Source: Azolla caroliniana (taxonomy: Eukaryota; Plantae; Polypodiophyta). From it: a stretch of DNA of 26,106 nt. The translations under genes were made by a program, and so were the position numbers. Numbering within the stretch: position 1 is the stretch's first letter; every line of letters starts with the position of its first letter. Positions 1 through 11,752 of this stretch are shown in pieces. The stretch spans positions 1 through 26,106 of the forward strand of contig JBHGNT010000431.1 in assembly GCA_043228905.1 (NCBI GenBank), read 5' to 3'. The notes under the pieces were generated by a model that had not been told where the DNA came from, ran no database searches, and saw nothing but the letters and a program-made list of their open reading frames with translations.

Positions 1-102
1 CGACCGATTGTCTCCGCGAGGCTGGGACGACGTGGGCTGCGCAGCGGGCGCGGCGGCTTGCGAATTGAACTGTGCTCGGCTGACAGCGAGCCCATTGTCG
101 CA
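1..102 (-). repeat. Duplicated segment, near-identical to 2283..2384; partial paralog of the hypothetical gene, continuing beyond the left edge
   Basis: 1..77 matches 2283..2359 with one mismatch and similarity continues to cccattgtcgca. Both read MGxLSxEHSSIRKPPRPLRSPRRPSLAETIG on the minus strand (ATG at 95 and 2377). Confidence 0.85.
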
Positions 103-597
103 CGGCCAGCCAGCCACCCATCCAGTGTCCACGCTCTGCGCCGTCTGCAGCGTATCGCACTTCGCACTTCGAGGTCTCAGGCTGTGCATGTTGTGAAGAA
201 TGTTAACAGCGTTTCTTCTTGAATCGAGGCGTCTGGTCGTCCTCACCATTCTAGATAGGTGTGCATCAAGAGTCAAACGGAGCTACTAACAGAGGGCCGC
301 GCATCGATGCATCCTGGTTCCCCGAAGCGCGATCCACGAAGCACGAATTTTTCGAATCCACGAACCACGATCCAGATAAATCCAGATTGGTGGGCTCATT
401 GTACTGTCTGTGTCATGCGCTCATCATGCGTCTCTCCCCGGCGCGCACGTCGCCGTTGCGCCTCTCGCGTTGACGCATCATCAGAATTCGTCGCATGTGG
501 GGCGTGCAGCCTGCACGCCATCGAAGCTGTTGGCTCCATAGCTCCACCATTCTTTCCATCCCCCCCTCACCACCACCTCGCCCTTGCCAACTAAATT

Positions 598-1218
598 ATG
601 TCTTCGTTCCTCGACTCCCTCATCAAAGCCACACCTCTTGGCGGTGTGTCCAACTTTTCGCTCTACGCTGTCCCTGCAGTTTGGGTCACATCTATCGCTG
701 CCCACTTTTACGCTTGTGAGTCACAGTCGCAGACATGTCACACAATCGCACGCTTACGCAGTCACACCATTGCCAGATCTCCATTGCACCCACCACCGAT
801 GGTTTCGACAACGTAAGTCCTAGATCTTACCTGGCCAAGGTTCAGCAAAAGGCACAGCGCACCCCGCAGGAGGAGAAGTTCATTCGCGCGGAGGCTGCCC
901 AGCAGAACGGTGAGTCCTACAATGCGAAGACATTCGCTGAGATCTGCCGAACATTGAACGAGTCTGGCCATTCCTATGAGCAGGCTTTGAGACATCGCCT
1001 TCTTCGGACTAGCGATTCTAGCTGGCAACGTTGCAAAACTCCCGCCACACAGCTGAACAGCGCCGCTACTGTCTATGTGCTATCGCGCATCGCATACAAC
1101 CGTCCTCTACATCACGACGACGTCAAAGGCAGTATCCAACCTACGCACTGTAGCTTTCCTCACAGGTGTAGGAACTTGCTTCAACCTCTTGATCCGCGCC
1201 GGACTGGCACTGCAGTAA
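598..1218 (+). CDS. MAPEG-family membrane protein; 2 introns and apparent single-base frameshifts
   Basis: Spliced reading: NFSLYAVPAVWVTSIAAHFYA | ...FDNVSPRSY...RAEAAQQNG | FE..FFGLAILAGN...YVLSRIAYN VLYITTTSKAVSNLRTVAF...ALQ*. Introns ~716..776 and ~910..983 (GTGAGT..CAG). The frame must be corrected at several points. Confidence 0.75.
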
Positions 1219-1367
1219 GACGGAGCGAGAATTGCCAATAATCATTAACCTTACATGAATGACGAGGAGTGTGACAAACCGGTGTAAAGCAGATAAGAGG
1301 TAGACGCTGGCCCTAAGCCCACAAAGGCTGGCCTAGCACGCTGCCTCGGCGGAATGTGGCGGATAAG

Positions 1368-2461
1368 TCATCGGTCGATTGCGAGGTGCGAATCGGTGCG
1401 AGGCTCGTTCGGCCTTTGGACAGTAGTACTGCCCTTGCGTCCATTACGGCCCCGGCTGAGGCTCCCCAGCCCGAGACGAGATGGAACGCGTACAATGCTG
1501 GGACTCTGAAGTTGGCCATCCTCGTCCGGAGATGCATTGACATGGAGCCGTCGGTCTGCGAAAGGGTCGCGGAACAGCGGAGGCGCCAGAGCTGCCGCGT
1601 TGCCCCCTTCTTGTTCAAGGCTAAGAGCGACCGAGGCAGTACTGTGCGCGGCGTTCGAGCACCTGACAACGCTGAGACCGCTCTGCTCACTCGTCGGACC
1701 GAAATTGCGCTCGACGGCCTGCAGCATTGTCTTCAGCTCGTAAACGTAGATTGGCGCTGCCTGCCATGCTTGATGACCCCGCAATCTCCTCGCCACCGTA
1801 TGCGGCTGCACGAGCATCAACGCATAGTGACGTGCTAGATACATTGCGACGCGAGAGGCGCAGCCAGAGCAGCAATACGCTGGCGCAGGCGGGGCCTTGA
1901 CTCAGGCAGGTTCACTGCGAGCGCAACTTTGCCAACTTCTCCGCCTCAGCGACAAACTCTGCCACTGCTGCCGATGAGTCGAAGCATGCACGATGAGGAG
2001 AAGGGCTCCTGCGAGCTGACTCAGCCTGTCTGGCTGCAGAAAGCGATCGGCGATAGGCTTTGTACCAGCGTCAGGGTTTGGGTCCATCCAGCCGGCAAGG
2101 AGTGGCGTGCAACGCTTGATGGGGCGGCGGCGGTGGTGACGTGTACTTTTCGACTCGCATATGTTGGATGGAGAGGATGGATTGGCAGACTCAGCGCGTT
2201 GGTGTTGTGGAGGGATGCTGCACGGGCTTTGATGTCGGGCGCGGGCATGCCACTGCGCAAAGATCCATGCTCCGAAGGGAACCGACCGATTGTCTCCGCG
2301 AGGCTGGGACGACGCGGGCTGCGCAGCGGGCGCGGCGGCTTGCGAATTGAACTGTGCTCAGTTGACAACAATCCCATTGTCGCATATCTGTGCTGTGTGG
2401 GGCAGTAGGCGCTCACCTGAGCCTTGGACCAGCTAGAATCCGCCTCTTCTCCACGGGCCAT
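1368..2461 (-). CDS. Hypothetical low-complexity protein, fragmented; possibly the 3' part of the 2684..4420 gene
   Basis: Chain of overlapping minus-strand ORFs (2021..2461, 1902..2087, 1368..1844) with no recognisable domain. Part of it is duplicated at the window start. Confidence 0.35.
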
Positions 2462-2683
2462 GTCCAGCTCATCGCCAGGGATGCAAAGCCGACCTGAGTC
2501 AATGAGGAAATTGAGCTGAGGGTCAAGGTACTGGGTGTACGCTGCATCGTCGTGTCCTCAAGTGACTCTGAGCTTGAGCTTGCCACGCTAGCTGGGCAGA
2601 GATGTCGGTTTTGCTGCGCCTTGCACAACGGAACACAACTGGCAGGTGCCGGTGGTAAGGGCACGCAGTTGAATTGACGAGGA

Positions 2684-4420
2684 TTAGGCTGAGGAGGCAA
2701 ACGCCGGACTGGAAGCGCGCTTGCCGGGAGAAGGGCTTTCGAGGACGCGTGCTGACTTGAGGGTGAGTCTCTCGGTCGCTCGAATGCTCTGGAGTGTCGC
2801 AATACCGCCAGAGGCGGACAAAAGTCCTCCGCTTTTCGGCCCGCCAAGGCGACTCGAGGGTGAGCTCGGAAGAATCGGCGTAGCATCTGGGGTGCTGAAC
2901 AAATCCTTGTGTGCCTTGCGACGTCTGACGGAGTTTGCACGCGGAGGCGACTCGTCTGCGTCGTCGTCATCCTCGTCATCCTCGTCATCCGAGCTGCTCC
3001 ACGCCCCAATCTCGTCGGCAAGTCGCTCGGTGACGGCAAGCTGCGCTGCACATGTGCTGGAAAACCCACTTGAAAACGATTTCGAAGATGAGGAACCAGT
3101 TGGACTCGGTGTCGAGATGTAGCCGCTATTGATGAAGTGCACAAAGGCTAGCAGTGATTCGTCTTGGTGTTCGGCATCTGACCGGGCGTGATCACACCAT
3201 GACCAATCCGAGTTGACGAAGCTCCTGTGGTGCGCACCTGCTGTCTGTTTGCTGCGCGGCGAAACATCAGTGCAATGTGGGGGTTTTGCATCAGAGTTGC
3301 CACGCGATCTGCGTCTCTGTGCTCTGATACGCGCTTGGAAGAGGGTTTTGCTCCGCCTACGATTGCGAACAGTTTCGTGTGAGGATTCGTTGCTCGAGGA
3401 ATGGCTGACTTGGGACAAGGTGCTTGCTCTCAACCTGGCCTTGTACCTGCGAGAGGAGCTGGCAACCAGGGATCCGTCCGTATTGAGCTCTTCTTTGTTG
3501 CTCCCATCATCGCTCAGCGGCCTGACTAGGACAGCTGGAGCAGCGGGCATGCCTCTCCTATTGTCGTGGTCCTTCCCTGCGCGTGCAATCGTTACCGAGG
3601 CATTTTTTTCATTGCATGTCAGCGTCGAGGGCTGCTCGGAAGGCATCTCGAATGCAGGAGCATATCGGGCGATGGGGGTTTTATCTTGGTCGATGGTGGC
3701 CTTGGGGAGGCTGACGTGATGCGTTGATTGAGAGGGTGAGGCCGAGCAGACGACAACTGAGCTCGGCAGAGAGCTGCCATCTCCTGGAGATACCCCAATC
3801 ATGATGAAGAGTGGATGATCGAGCGACTGGTTGGAGCTGCGACCTCGACGATGCTTTGCGCTAGCAGACACTCGCGTAAGTACGTGCACCTCGTTCGCTG
3901 AGGCTGCTCTATGAAGGCAAGCAAGTGAAAAATGTGCCGCCTCGCCGGGAGAATCGGTGCACACGGCCAATGGCGAGTCAACCTTTTGGGGCTTGTTAGG
4001 GGACGGTCGTTTAGACTTAAACTTAGACGAGAAGCTCGCACAGTCGAGTGGCGAGGTGCCTGTCGAGTTGGAGGAGCCCTTCTTCATTGCGTTGGCGAAG
4101 ATGGAAACAAAGGGCGCCAGCGTGTTCGTGTAGGGAAGCAAAGGAAAAGGCCGATGAGTTAGACGAAATGAGAGGGGCGGTGGGGTAGAAGATGGATGGT
4201 CAGCAATTGCGTTCGAGGAGTGGATCTTAAACGATCTACGTTGCTCTGCCAGCGTGCTTGAAGGTGGCTGCCTCTGGGATATCATTTGGTGGCGAGAATG
4301 GTTACGAGAGCAAACTGTGACCATTGATCGCAGGTTACATCTTAATACCTCATCCGGTACAACTTCATGGGCGATGTCGCAGAAGTGACTGATGCTGGCG
4401 TTACCGCAATCACTCATCAC
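2684..4420 (-). CDS. Hypothetical Ser/Arg/Asp-rich, probably disordered protein (start may be ATG 4087; may continue by frameshift into the 2413..3144 frame)
   Basis: 578-codon ORF with an acidic tract (SSSDDEDDEDDDDADE) and basic patches. No domain recognised. Confidence 0.6.
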   Translation of the reverse strand: MMSDCGNASISHFCDIAHEVVPDEVLRCNLRSMVTVCSRNHSRHQMISQRQPPSSTLAEQRRSFKIHSSNAIADHPSSTPPPLSFRLTHRPFPLLPYTNTLAPFVSIFANAMKKGSSNSTGTSPLDCASFSSKFKSKRPSPNKPQKVDSPLAVCTDSPGEAAHFSLACLHRAASANEVHVLTRVSASAKHRRGRSSNQSLDHPLFIMIGVSPGDGSSLPSSVVVCSASPSQSTHHVSLPKATIDQDKTPIARYAPAFEMPSEQPSTLTCNEKNASVTIARAGKDHDNRRGMPAAPAVLVRPLSDDGSNKEELNTDGSLVASSSRRYKARLRASTLSQVSHSSSNESSHETVRNRRRSKTLFQARIRAQRRRSRGNSDAKPPHCTDVSPRSKQTAGAHHRSFVNSDWSWCDHARSDAEHQDESLLAFVHFINSGYISTPSPTGSSSSKSFSSGFSSTCAAQLAVTERLADEIGAWSSSDDEDDEDDDDADESPPRANSVRRRKAHKDLFSTPDATPILPSSPSSRLGGPKSGGLLSASGGIATLQSIRATERLTLKSARVLESPSPGKRASSPAFASSA

Positions 4421-4740
4421 TATGCTTCTAATACCGGCGCCGCCGTCGCTTCAGGAAATCTCGCATTCCTGGCGCCCACCTCAAACCCTAGGTCTCCCAT
4501 CGCGCCCCCGTGGTCCTTGCAAACTGATGATTGTAACTCACAGTGACAAGATTACTTCGTCCACACCTTTCCGTGCGGATGCTACAGCTGTGCGAGTGAT
4601 GCGAATGATGAGGTGAAGCGGCCAACTTTGAGCGTATGAGAAACGATATGAACGGATGGGCTGCGGGGGGAAATACAACGCTAGATGCTTGATGCCTCTA
4701 TAAGGAAGAAATGCAATATCATGCTACACTACAGTGAGCA

Positions 4741-4818
4741 GTAGGCACAGCACTGGCACAGGTATGTAGGCATCTGTAGGCACAGTGTACGAGTGTAGGC
4801 ACTGTAGGGCTGTAGGCA
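4741..4818. repeat. Cluster of GTAGGCA heptamers
   Basis: Exact copies at 4741, 4766, 4776, 4795 and 4812, plus a GTAGGG variant at 4804. Confidence 0.7.
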
Positions 4819-6078
4819 CGATGCAGCATGCCATCACATCTCCTGTCTGACGTGCGCTAGCTCAAACACTAGTGACTACGTATGAGTGAGATCGACGACC
4901 AGCGCAGGTACCATGCACTTCGACCGCCCGGAACGTTGGGATTTGAGAGCACGGGAGGCAGCATGGTATGACTGATACATACAGTACGCACAGTTGCCGA
5001 TTGTGTACCTGCACAAGTGCACATGTCCCACCTCCCACGGACACGAGGTTCGAGAATCGACATGAAGAGCGCCGGGCTACCGTCACCAATAGATCGGCGA
5101 TGAAGTATATGTGCTGTATGAAACAAGAGCTGATCGTTCTCTAAAGGGAGGAGGCTCCCTGCAGCGCCAACGTGAGAGTTTTGATGGCGGCAACGCGGCA
5201 TGCAGCGGCCGCCAGTCGCGGAGTCGCCAGTGTACACACTGGATGTAAGAGAGTATGGCAGTACTACATATGGCAAAGTTGGGAGCTTGGGACAGCAACT
5301 CCGCGTGATGCATTGTCGGGGCCTGAGGTGTGGTGCAGGTACTGTGCTGGTGTGATGTACTCAGGTCGACCTATTGAGACCGTGTGCGCCTTACTTCAGA
5401 CCTCGAGAGATGAGAAATTGAGAGTGAGATAGAGTGAGATGCCTGCGGGCCCGCGGCCTGACCAGGTGCCTGACCCAAGGCGGAAGCCAAGATTCAAGGA
5501 ACGCGCATGCAGATGCCAATCAACGCAATCTCACAATAAGAGATCAGAATAGTGTCAGAATACCGTAGAGGGCAGAACTACTGTGTTAGATCAGGGTAAT
5601 ACTATCAGGGTTGAAGCGTTGAAGTGTCGATCAAAATTGGATGTCAGTGGCTCAGTGCAGTACTGCTTGTACATAGCATGTGCTGTATGATCAGCCATCG
5701 ATCTCAACACTACGGTACTGTATGTACTGCATCTCAACAGTCTCATATCAGCGGCCGAGACAAGTCGTACATACAGGTAGATTCAGGTCCCATACAGGAG
5801 GCTTCAGGGCAACCTTGGACGCGACCCACCGCGCACCACCCCTCGCCCCCTTGGCCGCGTATGGGCACATGCATGGAGAGCCCCCTGCGCCTTGCCAACG
5901 TGAATAGATGGCACAGTGAGGGCGCTATGTATGATACCGTAGAGGTGTAAAGCTTTAGACCTGTCCACTCGCAATGATCGCGTCTGAGGTAAGGAGTCGG
6001 TGAATCCTAATGTATGATAAATTTTCGACTCGTGAGTCGAGATGAGACGTCGGTTCCAAAAGGTTCCAGCCGTACAAC

Positions 6079-6130
6079 TGATGTGTGGTCCTGTGTCTCT
6101 TTCGCGAAAGAGACACAGGACCACACATCA
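6079..6130. repeat. 52-bp perfect palindrome with no spacer
   Basis: tgatgtgtggtcctgtgtctctttcg|cgaaagagacacaggaccacacatca; the arms are exact reverse complements. Confidence 0.95.
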
Positions 6131-7181
6131 AAGTCATGATGAGGTACCATTGAGTGGTGCCAGGTATCAGCGTCGAATCGACCATCATACCTTCAGATTA
6201 GACTGCTCTGACGGTATGACACTGACTGCGCGGGGCAATTTCTTTCGTTGGATTCGCTCTTTTCCTTGAGGCAGCGAAGGGGGAAGGGCAGCGTCGAAGC
6301 ACCTTTGAGATCTCCGAGAACCTTTTTCTCGAGTGCTACAGTATGTATAAGCCCTGCAAGCTGTAACGGTGTGACCCAACGGACAGTCGCACAGTCGCGC
6401 GCATGCGCAAGACGCGGTCCTCGACTGCTCGTCATTGTCTGCGAAATGCCAATGTCATCTGCGCTGCGCAGCTGCGGCTCATACATTGTATTGATGCTTC
6501 ACCGCACCTTCGCAGTCTAGTCCTCTAGCGTGTGTGATATACTGCAAGCATCGCTGTATGTGTTCGCTATTCAGCCCGTGAGACTCCGCGCCCTTTCTCG
6601 CCTACCAGCCTGTGTGCTTGGCTTGCAGAATCACAATAGGTCATAAAACACAGAGGGTCAGAGTTCAGAGACACCCCAATGGCTGGGACTCTGTCGCCTT
6701 TCAAGGTTCCAACACCAAGCCATGCTTGCACGCTAACGTCACATGAACCAACCATCAACGACCAAGCACCAACCCACTATCAAACTTACATTTTCCGTCC
6801 TCCCAACTACTTAAGGTTCCAACTTCCAACCCTCAAGTCGCGGCAGTATCTGGGAGACTGGCTTGCTGGCGGCGTCGCAGCGTCGCAACAGTTGTACACT
6901 GTGCAGGTCACAACTCCCCGAGACTTTGCTCTTCACGCTTCTTTCGACTATCGGCTTGGATCTGACTCAATGCCTGATAGTTGCCTGATGCTTGTGTGAC
7001 TCTGCGTCCGTCCTCTCCTGTTCTCCTCTCTCCACCGTGATTCGTGTCATCATCCGCAAATCCACAAGACACCTAGACACGAGGGACGAGGCACTGCACA
7101 TGTCGTGCAACCACGCGACTGCTACGGCTTTTTTAAAAACTTGAAATATCCCTTTCAAATGGCCACCCTCAATCCTTGATC

Positions 7182-7213
7182 GACAGAAGAGAGACGAGAC
7201 AGAAGAGAGACGA
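7182..7213. repeat. 16-bp tandem duplication
   Basis: gacagaagagagacga x2. Confidence 0.8.
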
Positions 7214-7613
7214 GAGATCAAGGGTCGTAGAGTCTCCATGAGCGAGCGTTTTCCTGCTTGTGTCTGGCCGGGTGACCAGTGACCTGTTGATCATCATCTA
7301 ACAACACTTGGATGTAGGATTCAGTGATCAGTGATCAAGTGCAATTGTGCCGTGCCAAGATTCCTCTTCAGCGAATAACCTCGCAGCGTGGCCTAGCGTG
7401 GCCATTGGTTGAGAAACTAGCAGACCACCAAAAGACATAAAGTGCGACGTGCGGGATGCTCTTTCGTTCGCTCCCTTGACCACGTCTTTTTCTTGCTCAC
7501 TTCTTCTGTCTCGTTGCAAGGCTCTGGTAGCCTAGCCTCCTCTTTCAGTCCATTCCTCAAGCCTCATTGATCATCGATTGGTCTCTCCCAGCCCTTTTTA
7601 CTCATCATCCTAC

Positions 7614-9462
7614 ATGATGGTCTGCTATGCACCCTCAAGGCTTCTGGCTGCAGTGGTAGTTGCCGTGTTGGCTGTCAGCGAGATCAATGCTGCCGCCATA
7701 ACGTACGGGCACCCGTTGTTTAATGAAAGTCGCCCTCTTGGCTCTGGTCCTGCGGGTCACTCCACTCCCAAGGGAAGTTCGGACCATCCAGCTTCTCAGT
7801 CAAGGGCGGCTAGCAGCACGCCTCCAGGTTACGACGCACTTGCCAGCGCTTTGGCCGAGGCAAAGGCGCTTTCGCCTGACGAGTTTGCCGAGCTCGCCTC
7901 GAGGGTGACTCTCGCCACCGAATGGATGCGGAATCCACCTCGAACTCGATACTGCGGCGTAAAGGTCGTCGCAAACGCCACACGTTCGGCTCAGGAAGCT
8001 GCACTTGTGGCGGCCAAACGGGCAAAGCTCGACACACAGGCCAAGCAAAATGGGCATTCGTTGCATGCGCTCGTCAAGGCCCAAAACTCAAGCGTACCAG
8101 TTGTGTTTCATGTAACGCACGATGGCGATGCTGGGCATCTGTCTGCGACTGACGTGCAGAGACAGATAGACGGGCTTAATGGGGACTGTGAGTGCGGAGG
8201 AGCAGATGATGCCGACTACGCATCTGAAGATGCTCTTTCTTCAGACGCCAGCTTTGGCTTCAGCTTTAACCTGGCAAACATCACGTACAGCAACAATCCC
8301 GACTGGTTTCACGGTGCCACAGCCGGATCCGATCAGCAAGACGAGATGAAGGCCGCTCTTCGTCAGGTGGGTGCCGTCACGCGGCAGAGCACACGTCCAA
8401 TTGGCTGACACCTTTCTCAAGGGCGGCGCTGAGACGCTGAACCTGTACTCCGTCTCCTTTGAGACAGATCCAGGTCTGTTAGGGTGCGTGCGGAAAATTT
8501 TTGTAGGAGACGCCACGTTCTGACATCGTTTCCGATACCGAAAGCTATGCTACGTTTCCAAATGACTACGAGGGCGCTCCATCTGATGATGGCGTTGTGT
8601 TCCTTTACACGACGATCCCCGGTGGATCGGAGACTGGATACAACCTCGGAAAGGTGAGTGCCATCACTAGGTGCCGAACGATGGCTCACTTACCGCCCTG
8701 CTCCACCATCGCAGACTGCAACGCACGAAGTAGGGTAAGTCTTCCTTGTCCGAGCCAAGGATACAGGGGTTTGACTGACGTTTCCGTTCTGCTACCGCAG
8801 ACATTGGCTTGGGTGAGCAACTTCTTGAATTCCATCCACCGCGCGCGCCTACCGTCACTTACGCCCTGGCCTTCTCACAGAGTGAGTTGCTCTGAGCATG
8901 GGAACAGAATTATAGCTGATCACCATCGATTTTCTGCAGCTTTTGCATACATTCCAGGGTGAGTGGCTGACGGAAATCGACTCCTGCACACCTTGCGACG
9001 TATTGATCCGCTATGGCCATCATAGGTGGATGCCTGGGCCAAGGTGACGATGTAAATGACACTCCCCCACAAGCTTCTCCCACGAGCGGCTGTCCTACCT
9101 CGCGTGACAGCTGCCCTGGTGATGGTCTGCAAGATCCAATCCACAAGCAAGTGATATGGATCTTCCCTGCGTCATTCGCGAGCTGATGAGTCTTCGCACC
9201 TTGCACAACAGTTACATGGACTACTCTAGCGACGAATGCCTGTAAGCAATAGAGGTTTTCGAGCGGCAGCATCAAAGCGTCTCACTTACACATCGCCGCG
9301 GATACAGTACTGGATTCACGACTGGACAAGCCGTAAGAATGGTGAGTACTAGAGGATTCGCGCCAGCGTGAAGCGCGCACTCCTGCTAATCGAGACTTGT
9401 CGCTCCGACCGTCCCCCAACGAAATTCAGGCTGCGTTGTCAGGAGAGTTCCGAGGACTCTAG
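7614..9462 (+). CDS. Secreted zinc metalloprotease, family M43 (pappalysin/ulilysin-like metzincin), 12 exons
   Basis: Exons 7614-8187, 8245-8366, 8422-8483, 8545-8653, 8715-8734, 8801-8812, 8881, 8940-8958, 9026-9146, 9212-9241, 9308-9341 and 9430-9462 join in frame. Product has a signal-like N-terminus, [63 protein letters not shown] (Met-turn) and FTTGQAVRM. Confidence 0.93.
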
Positions 9463-10147
9463 TAGGGGCGCGATACGAGCATAATGTGAAAGTCCTCGCC
9501 TTGTTGCATGTTCTGCGCCGCTGCGTACACTTTCGTGTGTGCGTGCGCGAATGCTTCCTTTTGGAGGTGCTTTTGAAAGTGACTACTATAGTGACGTGCC
9601 GATTTGCATTGGCCAACTCCCACGGTCTGCGCCGTTGTCTGAAGCAGTATTGTGCTGGAACTTGGGAGTTGTCGGGCCGGTGTGAGGTCAGTGCAGGCGT
9701 AGAGGACAAAGAGTGGTGAGGGATGCAAGCGACTCAAAGCCTGTCCTGAAAGTGTCCTGAAGCCTGGAAGTTGAGATATACAGTGTCTAGCGGAGTGTGA
9801 GACGCGGGTCGCGGGAGTTGTGGATCTTGCGCACGAGCCACCAGAGAGCGGCTGTAAAGTGGCGGTGAGTTGGCGATGCTCAAGGCCAGGCACTGCGACA
9901 GTATAATCACACTGCGACAGCCGCACCGCGAGGGGAGACTTACGCGCACCACTCACGCATGTTGGTGTGCCCAGGCGGCTCAGGGCGAGTTGCCACTAAT
10001 TTCCCCACACGCGCACAGGCACTGAGCGCACTTGCCCCACCTCGACTCTTCCTCAGACTGTATAAAGATTGCACATCCGTCGCCAGCTCGCACCTAGCGT
10101 TCCACGTTCTCCACCATTCCATTCCGCTCTAAACAGTTTCCATCATC

Positions 10148-11229
10148 ATGACCTCTAAAGACGCGCCCGCCGACACCAAGATGAGATCCGAGGCAGACCG
10201 AGCTCTGGCCACCGATTATCAAGATCTGAATTGTCCTGGCTTCGAGAGTAGCCGCGTGAGTAGCCTTTCACCCTGTGGCGAGTCGCAACAGCTGGATGTG
10301 CACTAATCGTCGTCCACGTACGTGCAGGTCTTTGCTCTCACCTCCGCAATCCTTGCCAATCCGATTCCGGGTGGGATGACTCGTTCACGCCTGCTTCGTA
10401 CCGTCAATGCAATCTTTCTCTTCATCGTGCACCCCACATCGCCCCTAGACCCAAGCAACCCGCGCACTAGACCTAACAAGAATCAATCTGGAGGCGCTTT
10501 GCGACCAGCTTTATGGTATGTAGACATGAAGCGCAAGGGTGCAATCGGCAGGGGCCAGCCACCAAAGACAGTGCTTGGACGCAAACGCAAAGCGGATGTA
10601 GTCATCGAATGTAGTGAGTACCAGATTCCGCCATGCTGGTTGCCCGAAGCTCACTCAGCCACGCGACAGTCGATCGCGATCTTGTCGACATGGCTACGGG
10701 CAAGACCCATCCTCAAAAGCTTTACAATTCTGGACGTGTGAGTCATTCGCTACAAAGCTCCAGCAACGAGATAGCAAAGGCACTTCCAGGAAGGTAGCAT
10801 CGCCCACCTCAGTCCTCGACACTCTTTCCCCTGAGTGTTGTAAGGCCGTCGTGCCCGTGGCATTCTGCCCGATTCACCTCTGACACTCTTATCAGATGCG
10901 CGACCTCCTTGCTGACAAAGCCTCGCTGTTCACCCACAGCTGAAAATCAAAGGTGACCTCGATCGAGCTCTGCGCATGGCCACCATTCTCTCGTGAGTAG
11001 TGCCATTAATCCTCTGGAGAGTTTGGCTCACCGCTGGCCACGCTCCCTTGTGCGCAGTCACGAGCGATCAAAGGTTTATGGATCCACGCCAGCGAGCGCC
11101 ATGCTTGCGGACCCTGAGTTCGGTGTTCGTGAGGCAGCTGAGGGTACCAATTACAGTGGACAGCCCGACTACTCTGACGGTGCCCCAGCTCCCTTTTCGG
11201 ATGTTGGACCTCCTCGTTCGAGGCTCTGA
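10148..11229 (+). CDS. SCP2 sterol-carrier-domain protein with C-terminal PTS1 (SRL)
   Basis: Exons 10148-10255, 10328-10613, 10670-10737, 10940-10992 and 11058-11229 join in frame: PGFESSRVF...VNAIFLFIV...WYVDMK.KG.IGRG...KADVVIECIDRDLVDMATGKTHPQKLYNSGRLKIKGDLDRAL...PRSRL*. Confidence 0.85.
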
Positions 11230-11752
11230 GCGAGTGCGATTCTCCACGTGTAGCTTTGCGCTCACATCCGGCCGGACTATTACCCTCATTCGTCGAATCC
11301 CTTTCCTTGTTAACTGCAATGCTATGGATCAGCGCTTCCGTTTCACAAACTATTGAAGCTGTAACGTCAGCGACGTCCAAGCTTGAGTGGAGTCTTTAAT
11401 GTCCATGCACGAATCTCTGTCAATTCAACATCTCCTTCCGCCAAAGGGGCAGCTGTCAAGGATGACGTTTCATGGGGCCCGAATGCTCTTCCTGGCCTGC
11501 GCAGAATCAGCACAGGAAGGTTAACGATGAGATAATTGTGACACTCTCTGGGGGAAGATTGGCTCGTCAAATGGACGGACCGGAAGTGTGCGGTGTGGCC
11601 TGGTTAGAAGTTATGCTTGTTGCTTCATCTTACATGTATCGATGAACATTTCAAATCGCACGCAGGTGTACCGAGACACAAGAGACTTTGTTGCAGCCAG
11701 CGGATGCTACCATCTCGGACGCAGGTTCAGCATAGTACCATTCCTCCTCAGG

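Noticed and set aside
4862-7519. Many short ORFs in the intergenic region
   Set aside because: No motifs, mutually overlapping and mostly non-ATG starts. The shared peptide in 5955..6188 and 6042..6269 is just the palindrome.
7578-8408. 276-aa ORF as a complete protein
   Set aside because: It is exons 1-2 read through an in-frame 57-nt intron; the gene continues to 9462.
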